Shown: positions 1-16,007 of the stretch, one piece after another
How positions within the stretch are numbered: the first letter of the stretch is position 1
How the letters are laid out: each line of letters opens with the position of its first letter
Origin: Tricharina praecox
Lineage: Eukaryota
Assembly (NCBI RefSeq): GCF_024521635.1
Contig: NW_026250405.1
Coordinates: 1,240,001 to 1,304,000, forward strand
DNA: 64,000 bases
Direction: 5' to 3'
Notes under the pieces: model-generated
What the model was told of the DNA's origin: nothing
Database searches by the model: none
Seen by the model: the letters and a program-made list of their open reading frames with translations, nothing else
Position numbers and translations under genes: made by a program

Positions 1-1716
1 GAAGGGAGGGAAGGATTGGGGGCGAGGGGGGGCGAGGGGAGAGAGGGTGGGGACAGAAGATGAGTGAGCAGGATGTCGAAGCAAGCCAGCCCGCAGTTGT
101 GGGAACAAGAAATAGGCGAGAAACTGCAAAGTCCCATGAAAGCCTCAAGGCCCAGCTCAGCGTCCTTTAGTTACTCAGAGTAACCTTCTCCAGAGCCCAG
201 AAAAGTAAGCTTCGGCACAGCACCTAAGCATAAGCAGCAGCAAAGGGAAGGAAACGAACGTCTGCTGCTAGATACAGAGATCTGCATCGCTGTGTGCGTG
301 CAGGGGTCTCTTATCAATGCTGGGCATTGGTTGAAAGGCATGGCATGGCATGCCGCCCCCGCCCTGCTTGCGAGTGCGTGGCGACGTCACGGAGAGACGA
401 ATGAAGCCCGCGATTTCTCCGCACTCACTTCAATGGGAGTGGGAGGTTCGCAAGCTTGGACATGCGGAAGTGCTTGACTGCCCTATACCTAAGCATTTAT
501 GTACGAGTGCGCCCAGGTGTACCGGTATGCCCAACATGGGATGGATCCACAGATCTCAAGTTCCGAAACCGCAACTGTATCATAGGCAGCAGCCTGTCTC
601 AAATAGTCCGCAACCCGCTGGGGTGAATCTGATGCGCGCATTCCTACCTACATGCGTCGGCAGATGTTTGAGCAGACCGCAGGCGACCAGGAGGAGCAAG
701 AAAGCACGAGCACAAGATGGCTGCCGATTCCGTGCAGCTTTGCCACCGCAGTTCTTTTTCCCCACGGCTATCCTGGGTATCATATCCCCCATCCATGATC
801 CCATGCCGTTACGGGCCGGTATATATGGAGTATGATATGTAAACGACGCCCGTTTGTACCTAGCTCATCGATGGTCTTCGGGCTTCATTTCATCTGATTA
901 GATAACTGTAACTAGATGTAGAGTACAGTACCTAGTGCTTGGATCGGCACAGGCAATGCCCTAAGTCTGGTGGGATTAAGGTATTCAGCAGCAGCAGCCA
1001 ATATCACGAGAGTACCTATGCTACATCCACCGGAGGAACGCAATGAAATACGACCCATGGAATCCCCCAGTCCGCAGCTCTACAGTGACCATTTGCACAA
1101 TTAGTAGTGCGATCATAGAGACAACCCAATTTCATGAACATAAACCCTACAGGTACTACAGCTCCCGCTTCCAAGGGGAAGATATATCTATTCCAATCGA
1201 ATCTGTTGCTATTGTCTAGACGGAAACGCCCTTATGCTTCGCATCAGAACTTCACGGTCGTTGTAACTCAGTCTTCCGATCGTGAGAAATGGGGAGTCGT
1301 GCAGCAGGTACGCATCAATGCTAGCACTCTCTTGCGGTGAAGGGGGTAAACACTCGGATGGTGACTTGTGACGAGATCTTTGTGTGTTCCACTGGAGGGA
1401 GAGAACACTTGTAGATGTCATCGGTTGGCTGAATCCTCACTCACAACCCAGCACTCTGCTCTATCACTTTTACGTATCACGTCTCTCTCTTATAGAGCTA
1501 CGGTTGCACCTTCTCAAAGAGTGCACACCTAAGCTACGGCAAGATCTACACCGGGGTGACCCTCATTCGTGATTACATCACATCACGCCAGTCACCAGAT
1601 CAATCATCACGACCACCTCACAGAATCTCACGGAATCACATGCATTACACCCGCTCTCATGGTATCAATCCTCCCCTCTCTCTCATCCCCCATCATCCCT
1701 CCTCATCCCTCCCCGT

Positions 1717-2330
1717 CTACAAGAAAGCACCAGCAACAACGACCAATCCCACCGCCAAACCCATACCCTTGACCACCCCGACCGCACCCGCCGCACTGTC
1801 AGCGCTGGCGGAGGCACTCGCCGAGGCGGCAGAAGCCCTAATCGAGCTTCCAGCACCAGCTCCAGAGGTACCACTCGTGGAGCTGCCCGTGGCCGTGGAG
1901 CTACCGCTGCCGCTGGGGACGACGATGGCGGAGGTGGTGGTCGGGAGGGTCGCGGAGAATGCGTTGCACCAGGCGGTGACCTGGCTGTCGATGCCGGACG
2001 TGTCTGTATTTACCGTGTTAGTAGGAGGCCGCTGGGGGGAGGTGCAGGGGAGGGAAGGATGGACGTACCACTGGTGTCGGGGCAGTTGTTGTAGCATGTG
2101 CGGACGTTGCGCGCCTCCTGGCAGTAGCACTCCCAGTCGTTGCCGGCGCACTTCTCGAGACGAGGCTGGTAGGTCTTGACGCAGGTATCCACAATGCTTT
2201 TTACATATCAGCACGCGTATGTAAGGGAGGAGGAGAGGTAGAAGTACTTCTGGGCACTGCACTTGGCCTGCGCGGCGACCTGAGTGGCGGCCGAGAGGAT
2301 GGCGAAGGCGAAGACGGCGGTGGAACGCAT
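1717..2330 (-). CDS. GPI-anchored, Cys-containing Ser/Thr-rich cell-surface protein (3 exons: 2330-2248, 2196-2069, 2003-1717)
   Basis: Spliced product has a signal peptide (MRSTAVFAFAILSAATQVAA), a Cys-patterned domain (CSAQNIVDTCVKTYQPRLEKCAGNDWECYCQEARNVRTCYNNCP), a Ser/Thr/Gly linker and a hydrophobic C-terminus (GLAVGLVVVAGAFL) typical of a GPI signal. GT..AG introns keep the frame. Confidence 0.85.
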
Positions 2331-3423
2331 GGTCGTTTGGTTTGTTTGTTGTGAAGGGGGTGAGGAAGTATTATTTTGTAGGTATTAAAAGGGAGTAGAG
2401 TACTATGAGCGAATGAGTACGGTACGAGCGAGTGTTTTCAACGAGGTAGCTGGAGAAGAAAGAGAAGCAGGGAGAGAAGGGGTCAAGACGGGGAGGGAGG
2501 GAAGGGGGGTGTATTTAAACGTGGGTTGGATAACGAACGAACGGGAACACTACCCCGGACAATCCAGCGGGCTAGGACCGAACCGGAGAAGCCGCCGCTC
2601 CTATTCGGGCAAGATTGAAGGGCGAATCAAATTGTCTGTTGGATTTGCACTCACCTCTCTGTCCTTGCCCACTCAATGCTCGAATCCTCAAGCTGACGAT
2701 CCGAATCCTACACTCAGCACCGTCCAATCCAGAAATCATTCGCCTCAACGTTCGTGGTCTGGTGGTGGCCTGCGAAACGCAGGGTGAGGACGAACCGAAA
2801 GATCCGCGGCGGCGAGCGGAACCACTGGCAGTTGCTTATTTTTAGTGCCCCAATGAGGCAGGTCCCGACTCCCCCGTCCGACCACCACCACCATGTACTC
2901 TATGCATATGACCTTCACGATGCGCTTCGCCAGCCCAGCCTCCCGAAATTCGAAACGATCCAATATATGGCAGATGGCCAGAGATTATATTCCATAGGGA
3001 AAAGACGCTGCACCCCACTGCTTCCCCAGCCCCCCGTCCCGTCCTCTGCTCACTCCAAACAAATGGCCTCCAGAACGATCCGTAAGGAAAAACATTCGTG
3101 CCCCTTCGCTCCCTTTCCCTTGCCTTCCCGACACACACATGCGCATTAACGGAATGTATCATCAGTTCGTGGTTGTTACATCCGTGTGGTGAAAAGATAC
3201 ACACACTCCGGGCAAAGGCAGAAGACCAAACAGAAAGAAGTGAGTTAAGCTCGCACGTTTGACTCCATCGAGATACAAAAAAAGAAAAAGGAATACCGAT
3301 AGAAAAAAATCAAAGAAAGTCAGGGGAAAAAAGAAGATGAAAAATAAAAAACGCAACACCCATGTGGAATCGAATGAACTATACTACGACTACTGTTGCT
3401 GCCGATAGTCAAACCGATCACGA

Positions 3424-6653
<3,230 letters not shown>

Positions 6654-7779
6654 CGTAGGTTGGTCGGTTCGCTGGAGTTTCCACGAGGCTCGTGTGAGGT
6701 GTAAAGGATTAGGAGAGGCGCCTGCGGAGCGGGCGGAGGACTTCTGCGAACCACAACTGCTCTACAGCAGCACAGCAGCTAGGGTGGGAGAGGGGGATGG
6801 GGGGGGTATGCGTTACGGTGGTAGTGGTTGGAGGGAGGTGGGTGCGAGGAGCTGCGTGTGTCAGAGCGGATGGACTCTCAGCGTACGTCAGGAGTGGCAG
6901 TGCTAAGAGTGGTTTCGCCGCAGCAGCAGCAAGCTCGGAATCGACCGGGGGAGGAGTAGGTAAGTGGCCTTCTATGGGGGATGGGGGAAAGAAGGAAGCG
7001 AAGCGGCAGAGAAGAGCGGACTGTTCGCCGTCCGATCTGTGTATTGCACGGGGAGGAGGTTGGGCGACGGTGTTCGAAGGAGTTTCAGCCGCGGAGGTGT
7101 TGTAGAGTATGTCGTCGCTGCGTACTTTACAGGTTGGGGGTGGTTGACGTGAGCGGTGCAAATAAGGATTGTTCTCTATTCTATGCTGTGGAGAGGTGGA
7201 GGTGGTGGAGGGTGAACCGCCACCTTGTTGCTGAGGGGTCCCGGCGTTTGGGGGATGCTGCTTGAGTCGCGGACGAACAGGGGGCGGCGTCAAGTGGAAG
7301 GCGACAGTGGACACTGTTCAGTAGAAGAAGCCCTGGGTAGATGCACTTACTGCGTCCATACACGAGCCGGTATATGCTGAGCGCAGTATATATCAAGACG
7401 AGGTGCGGGAGGAGTGGCAGAGCTACACGGTGGGGACGGGTTACGGCACCGCAGTGTTTATGTGGGAGGTGAACGGGAAACAGGACTGAAAGCCCTTCAT
7501 CACAGACTGAGCACAGATGTGGCTTGTTTGTACGGGGTTAATGTGTTTGTCAGCGGTTCATGAGGCTTAGCCAACCGTGTCACGTGGAGGTGGGGGACCC
7601 CAAGAGTGGTCTCAGCCTCTCAGCGGGTCGTCGCGGGGAAGAAAGGAGAGACAAAGAGCGGCTGCATGTGGTACGTGGTGGAGGAAGAGGCTCTTTGCTA
7701 TGGAATAAGTAGCATCGTAACTATCCCCGGCACGATCTGTCTGGAACCAGGTAGCTGACGGAGCCTACTCTACGGCTAG

Positions 7780-8460
7780 TTGGTTACGTACGAGTACAGT
7801 CCGCAGTCGAGCCCTCTTGCGTGGCTACTTTCAAACACCATTCCCGCTGCCCAGTGTCATGCGTTTCAGCCCTCGATCACGTTGCCGTTGGAGGCCTGGG
7901 GATTCGAAGCAGCCGAACGAAACCATCATGCAGTGGTCCAGCTGAAGCGGAAATTCGGAGGAATGTCGGCGTGAGCAGGTTACAAGTACCCAGAGTATTC
8001 TACATGCCTCGAAGAATCACTGGCAACTTCAACCTAAAGGGCGAAAGTGGCTGAGGAAGGCTATACGTAACACTTACTTTCTTTCTTTCTCATCTCCGGC
8101 CACAGAATGGACCGGACGTGCCGGCTAAGTGCCGTGGCACTGCCTCCCATAAGCATTCCCACTCTCGGCCCAGCAGCGGATGTCGCCAGTGCCGGATACG
8201 CGGCCAAATCGGTAGCGGTCCTTACCGACCTATGGCTGGAGTCCCCTTGGATACAAAGCAAGCGTCTGCGTGTATCATGGAAAGGCCTCAGTGCAGGTAA
8301 CGACAATGACGACTTCGGATACGCTGATCGCCGGCCGAGGCTTGGAAACGCTTCGTATCCTGGAGTCGGAATGGAAAATGTCCGAACTCTCCTTTCGCTG
8401 GAGCAAGCGCACCTTGGAGCGCCAAGTGTTTCTGCTTGGAGATCCGTTCTGGTGAAGCTG
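7780..8460 (+). pseudogene. Possible decayed ankyrin-repeat gene relic
   Basis: Fragments in different frames resemble the fungal ankyrin consensus: AAERNHHAVVQL, YAAKS, TLIAGRGLETLRILES, ENVRTLLS. No intact ORF. Confidence 0.3.
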
Positions 8461-10946
8461 TGGAGTGGGCCAAGACAAACAAGCTCATGGATCCTCACTC
8501 ACAGATCTAGCATCTACGGTACGGTGTGTACTTGCTGAGATAGGTCAAGTGCTGACCCGCCATTTGCTCTACATGCTCTGCTGAACAAGCCCAGCAAACG
8601 ACCCCGGCCCTTTTGCTCTACACATTTCGAATCCTCAAAGAAGGCAGTTGAAGGGACATCGAACCAGGTATAAATGTGGCACGTTCACCAGCCCCAACAA
8701 CGTCAGCCACCGGTATGGAAAGTGTATGGTCCATCCGCCATAGTACATACCTTCAACATACTTTCATCTTGTAGGGCTTCCTGTGGCTACTTGGTGCATG
8801 ATTCTGACGCCACAATCATCATAAATACCGATTTTGAGGCAATTGGATAATCCCAACCCACCACCGTGCGTTTCCTCATTCCTTCTGTCTGTGTATTTGG
8901 CGTTCAATAGCTCATCACCCAAATACATTTCAGACATGGTGTCAATTCGATGTCAATTTCTACCCGTTTTTTGCCATAGTAGGTAGCCGTCAGCAAAAAT
9001 TCATGACAAATAAGTACCTCACTAAGCCTGATGACCTTACCGTATGTAAGTATGTGCTGACTGGGTAATAATTTGTATGAGAGAACGGCAATCTCACCAA
9101 TAATAATTGGAGAGCCGAACAGGAATTAGCAAACGGCTTTTATGTCTGATACCTACATCCCGTAGATGGCCCGTTGTGGCGTATGTTTGCCCGACGGGTT
9201 TAGGTGTATGCTGCGTGAGTAAGCACATATCATACCTCATACCCAAGTACCGTACAATCCAGATATAAGCCGCAGTCCACGCTCTTACATACCTCATACC
9301 CTTTCACAAAAGCTGAAGCTCGCATCCTCACGACAACCATGGCCCGTGGCGGTCATCCAGATTACATCCCCACCAGCACACATACCTACGACTCTACCGT
9401 CTCAGCCTCGGCAGCAGCAGCATGCTGGATAGTAGTTCTCCAGAAGTAGGTAGCTTCTTCACGGGCCGGCCAATCCTAGGCGGAGGCTTTCACGTGGGTC
9501 CTATAATCTATTAGCAGCTGATGGACCATCGCCTGCTTTCCGCCAGCCTTCGGGGGGGGATTCGGCCTTGCATGCAACATGCGAGTCTGGGAGATTTCCA
9601 GCTTTCCAGGAGACTGCGGAGGAAAGCGGTCTCCGCCCATCATGACGGTTAGGTACTTTGAGATCGACGCTCTCGAATACAAACCATAATTCCCGCCTAG
9701 TTGACTACCTATCGTGTTTACCCGGGATCCTCAGTGGGGCGGAGGACTCAGGAACCGGAAGGTTGGTGGATGTATACCTATTAATCCGAAGTAGCTGGTG
9801 ATGACTGCCAATTCGCCAGTCCGCCCAGTGGGGGGATCAATCATCACGGTGCTGGATGGTGGTAAGGTACTTATGTCATTCCAATGCCCATGCGGGGAAC
9901 CTTCGGTTGTTGACAACTTGACAAGACATCGATCATCAATGCAAAGTCCGAGACGGCCATTATTCTCTGCTCTACATACGACGTGGAATCAAACGGTCCG
10001 CGGCACCAGACCAACAACGTGGGTAGTTAAGCGGGGGTTAGAAACAGTTTCCCGCTGGACGGATCCCTTCAATTGAGGGTAGTACGGTACTGTGGCGAGC
10101 GGGGCGGTGAGCAGTTGCTTGCGAAATGCCGGTAGAATGTAGCCTTTTGGATGAACATTGGGTTTTTGTAGATGAGCAGGTTGGAGTGAGGCAGAATGGG
10201 TTGATTGTCTATGGAATCTCCGGCGTGACACCCACCGGCGCTCCGGTGGACTGAAGCCTTTTTGTAGTATTGGATCACGGCATCAAGATACATACCTCGT
10301 ATTGTGATCGTGTTGATGCTATGGCACGGCCAAAGAATGGTACATAGCACTATGATATTCACATCCCCCTTGGACTACGGTTAGCTGTCTAGAGTAGAGC
10401 AAAGCACTGCCACAACCACCATACGTCCAACAAATGGGTGACAATCTATGATTTCCCGTGTCTATTCACCGCCTTTTAGTTACCCCCCAGTGCCCACCGC
10501 CCACCGGCGCTCCCGCAACCTCAAACATCGACGAGAAAGCGAGGTAGAGCCCCCAAACGACCTCTCAGTTCCATTTCCGCCGCCTGGCATTCCGTAGCCG
10601 CAACAACTGTCGTTGAAACAAACCCCGTACCTGAAGTGCTCTCGTTCTCCGCAGCCCAATAGGTACTTTATGTAAATAGAGCTGCACGAGCGTCTATGCA
10701 TATCAGTCATAGATAGCTCGTCGGGAAAGCCCACCAGTTACCACCCCACCAGGTGGCTAGGTAGGTGGTTACACGGACCACCGCTCTATGCACATAACGT
10801 TGCAACATTGTAACCCCTCTACGTCACACCACACCACACCTCACCTCAACACCACACCTCAATACTTCACCTCTATCAACACCACGACCCCCATCCCGCC
10901 CACGACCACCACCCAACACCCAACCACAACGACGACAAAGACGATA

Positions 10947-11681
10947 ATGCCCCCCCGCCTCCGCCTCCCCACCTTTACTGCCGCCGTGCGCGCCCCCGCG
11001 TCCGCCCCGCGCCGGACCAACGCAACACTCTCAATCCCCCGCAACACGCCGGTGCACCCCCGCACCGGCGGGAACCCGTTGACCTCGCGGGTCGCAAACC
11101 GGGCACTTCCCGGTATTCCCGCCTTCTTTCCCCCGTCCCCTTCGCCCGCTCCCCCTCCCCCCGCCCCCACCCCCCCTCCCGCCCACAATCGCTAACCCCC
11201 GCCGTAGACATAGCCCGCTCGCGCCTCCTCCGCCTGAGCACGATCCCCATATTCATCGTCGCCGTCGCGGGCAGCGCATGGGGAATCTTCAACTACCAAA
11301 AGCTGTCCTCCTCCGTCGTAGCCAGCACACTGTACAGTCTCCGGGTGCACCCGCGGGCGCGGGCGGAGCTGGGCGACGAGATCGCGTTCGCCTCTGCTTT
11401 CCCGATCGTGTGGGGCGGGATCGATCAGCTGCATGGTGTTATCGATATTCAGTACTCCGTCAAGGGCAGGAAGGGCGTGGAGGGGGTGGTGAGGTTTAGG
11501 AGCACTAGGAAGGGGCGGAGGGGCGTGGTGAGTTTATCCAGCGGACGAGGGGAGGGAGGGGGGACGAAGGCTAATTTAATGGGCAAAATAGTTTGCGACT
11601 GAGGAGTGGTATCTCACCATGCAGGACGGACGGAAACTCATCCTGCTCGAGGATGCGCCGGTTCTTCCCAAATCCGATTAG
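10947..11681 (+). CDS. COA1: Cytochrome c oxidase assembly factor Coa1 family (3 exons)
   Basis: Arg-rich mitochondrial presequence MPPRLRLPTFTAAVR. One TM segment (IPIFIVAVAGSAWGIF), then NYQKLSSSVVASTLYSLRVHPRARAELGDEIAF..WGGIDQLHGVIDIQYSVKG..FATEEWYL, which matches the fungal Coa1 pattern. Introns at about 11113-11207 and 11529-11591. Confidence 0.85.
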
Positions 11682-11911
11682 ACGACTAGACGACGACCAC
11701 CACCCGATAATCACAGCACAGCACAGCACGGGATGGGTGTATAATAGACGTAGGTATGAGGGGAGCGGGAATTGAGGGGGGGTCTTGTAAATTATCTACA
11801 GCAAGAAACAAAAAAAGCGTTCTTTTCGTGCGAATGGATCACAAGTACAGTAAAAGAAGAAAAAAGAAACAGACGACACAAAAAAGAGAAAGAAAAAAAA
11901 CTAAAAAAACA

Positions 11912-14900
11912 TCACATATCAATCGTCTCCTCGAACTTTAGCACGCCATCCTTCGTGAGGACTCCATCAACGCCCGTATTCAGTAGCGTCGAGCTCCCGC
12001 CCTCGCTCTCCTGCGCTACCAGGACGAGGCCGGAGGCTTTGATGCTTTGTGCGAGTGCCGGCACCATGTCCTAATACGTCCAATTGTCAGTGTTGTGTGT
12101 CAAAACGGAAAAGTAGGAGGAAATACCAGTAGGCTGGAGGGACATATCAACCCCATAAGATTATTCCCGCTCGCGAATCGTACGGCATCCTTGACCGAGC
12201 AACTACTGCTTACGCCGTCGACCGAGGGATCAAAGATGTCCAGCACACGCTTTGCAGTATCGTTCGAAAACAGCACCGGATCTGTTTCAACAATCAGCCA
12301 CCCACCCTTCCGTCCTCCTCTCTAATCCCCCATCCCCATCGGAGTACTCACAATTCGGTTGTTTCCAATTCAGCGCAGTACAAACGTTCATATCACTGCT
12401 GGAGAAGACGATGCTTCTCGTCAGATCGGGCGAGGTCTGCTTCAGCTTCCTTGCATGATCGAAAACGGTGTTTAATATCGCATCCACAAAGTGGTTAACA
12501 TTCTGGCTCTGGCTCTCAGATGCAGGGCGGATGATATTGAGGTCGATATGGACACTTGGCAGCAGTCGGTCGAGTGCGCCAGAGAGCGACAGGAACGATT
12601 TCGCCAGGAGATTATAGGCTTCCGCTAGTGTGGTGGTCGTCGACAGCGCGGACCAGATGGCCTCCGGGTCTTGGTGGGATTTGGTTTGCGCCTGGAACTG
12701 CGCGTACGATATGTGCCGCACGGGAACGTCCAGCCCGTTGATGGATATCGAGGTGTGCGGGTACAGCACTGGCACCGAGTCGCTGGTCAGTTGGACGTGC
12801 AGTCGGAGGTACTCTCCCGCGAGTGAGGAACCGGTGATCAGCGCGCTCGAGTGCTGGTCGAACTGGCTGGTTGCTTTCCAGTACGTGGCGAAATGCGTGA
12901 TCTCGAGCGGCGTCCCTTGGAATGGCTTGATAATCCGGTATTCGAACGAGATCCGGCCGATAGCGCGGAGCCTCGTATCGAAGAGCGGGAGAACACACTG
13001 GCCGGAGTTCTTATTGCGGAATGTATCTGCCAGGGCGATAGTGCGCGCGAGCACTTTGGAACCGAAAGTGGGGAAGATGTCGAAATCGATCGCGAACGCA
13101 TCCAACGTGTCGATCTGGAACGAGATGAACCGCGAATCCTCGTTGAGCGGGAGCAGAAGGTTACGCGGGATCAGATCCGACGACTTGGAGGATATTGTGA
13201 GTCGCGCCGCCGGGTATTTACCATCCTGTTCGAAGTGCACCGCTTCCGCACCCATCTCCTCGAACGAGAGCTGCACCAGCGTCTTGTTCTCCAGGAAGTT
13301 GTGGCCGTACCGACGCAGCGGTAGGATCGGCGGCGGCAATGACAGGTCTGGGATTCCATCCGGATCCAGCGCCATCAATCCCGCCGGCGTAGAAGTCACA
13401 GAGAGCGGCGATGGCCTAGACAGTGGTGCTGCCGGCCCAACTACACCCACTACACCAAGACCCCGTCCCGCGCTCGAGAGCACATGCATGCAATCCAGAT
13501 GTCCTTCCCACGCGGCGTAATACATCGCGGACAGCCCTTTCTCATCCAAAACATCCGGATGCGCGCCGCAATCCAGCAACGTCTGCAGACAGTTCAGGTG
13601 GCCTTCGCTGGCGGCGTGGAAGATGGGTGTCCATTGGAACAGTTTGTCGTGCTCGTTGAGATTCCCGCCGTACTTCTGCAGCATCAGAAGAAGCTGTATC
13701 GAGCGGCCGGAGCGGGCGATCAGATGCTGTGGGAACAGTCCCTCGGCATCGGGCAAGAGAGATGCGCCGTTCTCGAGGAGGATACTCGTTATCTCCTCGA
13801 ACCCGTACTGGCAGGCGAGGTTCAACGGGATAAAGTCCTGTTCGTGCCGGGGGTCTATCCGCGCATTCGACAAGATCAGCTGGCGCACGCACTCCTCCTG
13901 GTTGTGTGAGATGGCATGTATGAGGGATGTGAAGTTGTCGTGATCCATCACATCGACCGTTGTCGGCTTGACCGAGAGCAGTAGCTGGATCATCTCGACC
14001 CTTCCGCGCATCGCCGCATAGTGGAGCGGAATCCTGCCGTAGACATCCGGCCGTCCCACATCCACGCCGTTATCCACGCCGACCTTCAGCACGCACAGCT
14101 TCCCCGCGATGGCCGCCTCGTGGAGACAATTCCTCTCGTTGATCTCGTCCTCGGCATGGAAATTGATGAAGCCGGAGTCGATCAGCACGTTCAGACTCGT
14201 CTCCGAGGCATCCCCTATCAGGGCCAGGAAGATGGCCGTCACCTTCTCCGACGCCTTCTCCGACGCCTCCGTCTGCTGCTTCAACCTGCTGACCCACTCC
14301 TTGAGCACCACCATGTTCTCCGAGAGAACCGCGCCGCGAATCTCATCGTCCGCCGCACTCTCCTCCTCCTGCGGATCGCGGCGATTGGTCTCGGTGACCT
14401 TCTGCGTAAACTCAATGTTGATGCCCTCCGCCCACGCCTCGAGTTCCAAGAGACTCGTCGTGGCCTGATCCGACAGCTCCGAGATCACCTCGCGGTTAAA
14501 ACACGGCTGGACCTCGACCGCCCGGGAGATATACAACTCCTTTGTCCTCGACTACACCTCGGTGAATATCTGTGAGCTTGCGTCCCCTCCCTCCGCCACC
14601 ACCACCAGCTCTTCCACCCCATCATGTGCGCGCGTACCTTCGAAGATTTATCCCACTACTCTTCCCGTCAGTCAGGCAACTATTATAACTAACACCCGGC
14701 ACCAGCCAGCAGGCACCAGCGCAGCAGCACCACACCTTTTTCAGAATCTTTGAGAACGCGGTCGCATTGATCTCGACGAACTGCTGGAGCTTGCTCAGGT
14801 CGTGCTCGAACTGCTGGAAGCCCTCGCGCAGCGTGATGTACGTCGTCGACACCTTCGAGCTCGTCGACACCTTCGAATTGTTCCCCCCGCGTGACTGTAT

Positions 14901-15449
14901 CAGCTTCTTCTTGTCGACAAGCGTTTTGAGCCGGAGTTTCAGCTGCTGGTGTTAGCCCAGCCCAGCCCAGCCCTCCCCCTCCCCCCCCCCCCCCCCCCCC
15001 CCCCCCCACTTCCCCGTCCACCCCATCACCAAGCAATATCACCTACCTCCGCTTCCTTCTGCAAGTAAAAGGCATTGACCTTCTCCAGCTCCCTCTCCTA
15101 TAGACGCAACCCGATAACACATCAGCCCTCTTTCCTTATCCCTCCCCTTCCCCCACCCTTCCCCTTCCCCTTCCCCCACCACCACGCGCCAGGGAACCAA
15201 CCAATCTGAAAAAAAACGTAGCCTTATTCGTCGCGCCAGCGGCCGCGCCCGCGCCGTTCGTCGCCAGGGACTTGATCAGCTTCTTGAGCCCCTTGTAGTT
15301 GACGAAGCTCGCCGCATAGTCGGGCACATCCAGCTGCCGCTTGGCGATTGTTTTGCCGAACTTCCTGGGGGAGCGTGAGTTTCTGGGAGGTTTGGGGGGG
15401 TAGGAGGGGGAGGAGGATGGGGAAGCAGGAGGCGGCGGAAGACGTACAT
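11912..15449 (-). CDS. PHO81: SPX-ankyrin-degenerate GDPD CDK inhibitor of the phosphate pathway (Pho81/NUC-2)
   Basis: SPX start MKFGKTIAKRQL..FVNYKGLKKLIK and INATAFSKILKKWDK. About six ankyrin repeats (RNCLHEAA, RIPLHYAA, WTPIFHAA). PPPILPLRRYGHNFL motif. C-terminal GDPD-like region (HFATYWKATS) has no visible HRG catalytic motif, favouring Pho81/NUC-2 over Gde1. Includes an 18-nt micro-exon at 14638-14655. Confidence 0.9.
14981..15007. repeat. C27 homopolymer (G27 on the PHO81 transcript) inside an intron
   Basis: 27 consecutive C read directly. Confidence 0.95.
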
Positions 15450-16001
15450 CGGTAGTGGTCGTGGTGGGCGCGCCGGGGGTCACTGTGGACAGTGCCGCGT
15501 GCGGGCGTGTGTGTGTGGTTGTGTGTGTGCGAAGGGCGAAGTGCGAGGGGCCGACGGAATGGCCGGGCGGAGATGGGTGGATGTGAATGCAAGGGAAGAA
15601 GCGACGGCGGCCAAGAAATGGGTCGGTCTCTCTTCTGCTACGACTCTCTCTCTCTCTCTGTAGGTCCGTCGGTGGTGGTGGTATACGTATGGAGGGAGGG
15701 AGGCAACAGGTGGGGCAGCTGCGGGGTCCGATGGGTGGATGATGGCTGGGTGGATGGGTGGAGACTATTGAGACTATTGTTCATCCGTACACGCTACTGG
15801 TCTCCGCTTCAATCTATGTATGTATGTGGCGATATCCAGGCCGGTGGGTGCTCTTTGTGCTTTCGGCGGCGGTGGTGGTTCTGCTGCTTCTGGTGGTCGT
15901 CGTCGTACTGCCGCTGCTGGTGGGCTGCTGCTGACAGTGGTGGTGGTGGTGGTGGTAGATACTCTATTGTACACAGTTCATGCAATAACCAATCATGGCC
16001 G

Positions 16002-16007
16002 CACGTG
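16002..16007. promoter_or_regulatory. CACGTG E-box, candidate Pho4/NUC-1 site upstream of PHO81
   Basis: gCACGTGt lies about 550 bp upstream of the start codon, next to a CCAAT at about 15989. CACGTG is the established Pho4/NUC-1 motif. Confidence 0.45.

Noticed and set aside
1209..1421. 70-aa minus-strand ORF with protein-like composition
   Set aside because: No recognisable motif and no supporting splice structure. It could be a relic, but I cannot support that.
7890..7920. TTCGAATCC resembling a tRNA T-loop (minus strand)
   Set aside because: The flanks do not form a T-stem, and no cloverleaf can be built.
8760..8940. YDDCGV peptide recalling a Ulp1-type protease motif
   Set aside because: A single short match with no other catalytic motifs; likely chance.
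12630..13520. 296-aa plus-strand ORF
   Set aside because: Antisense to the GC3-rich main exon of PHO81.
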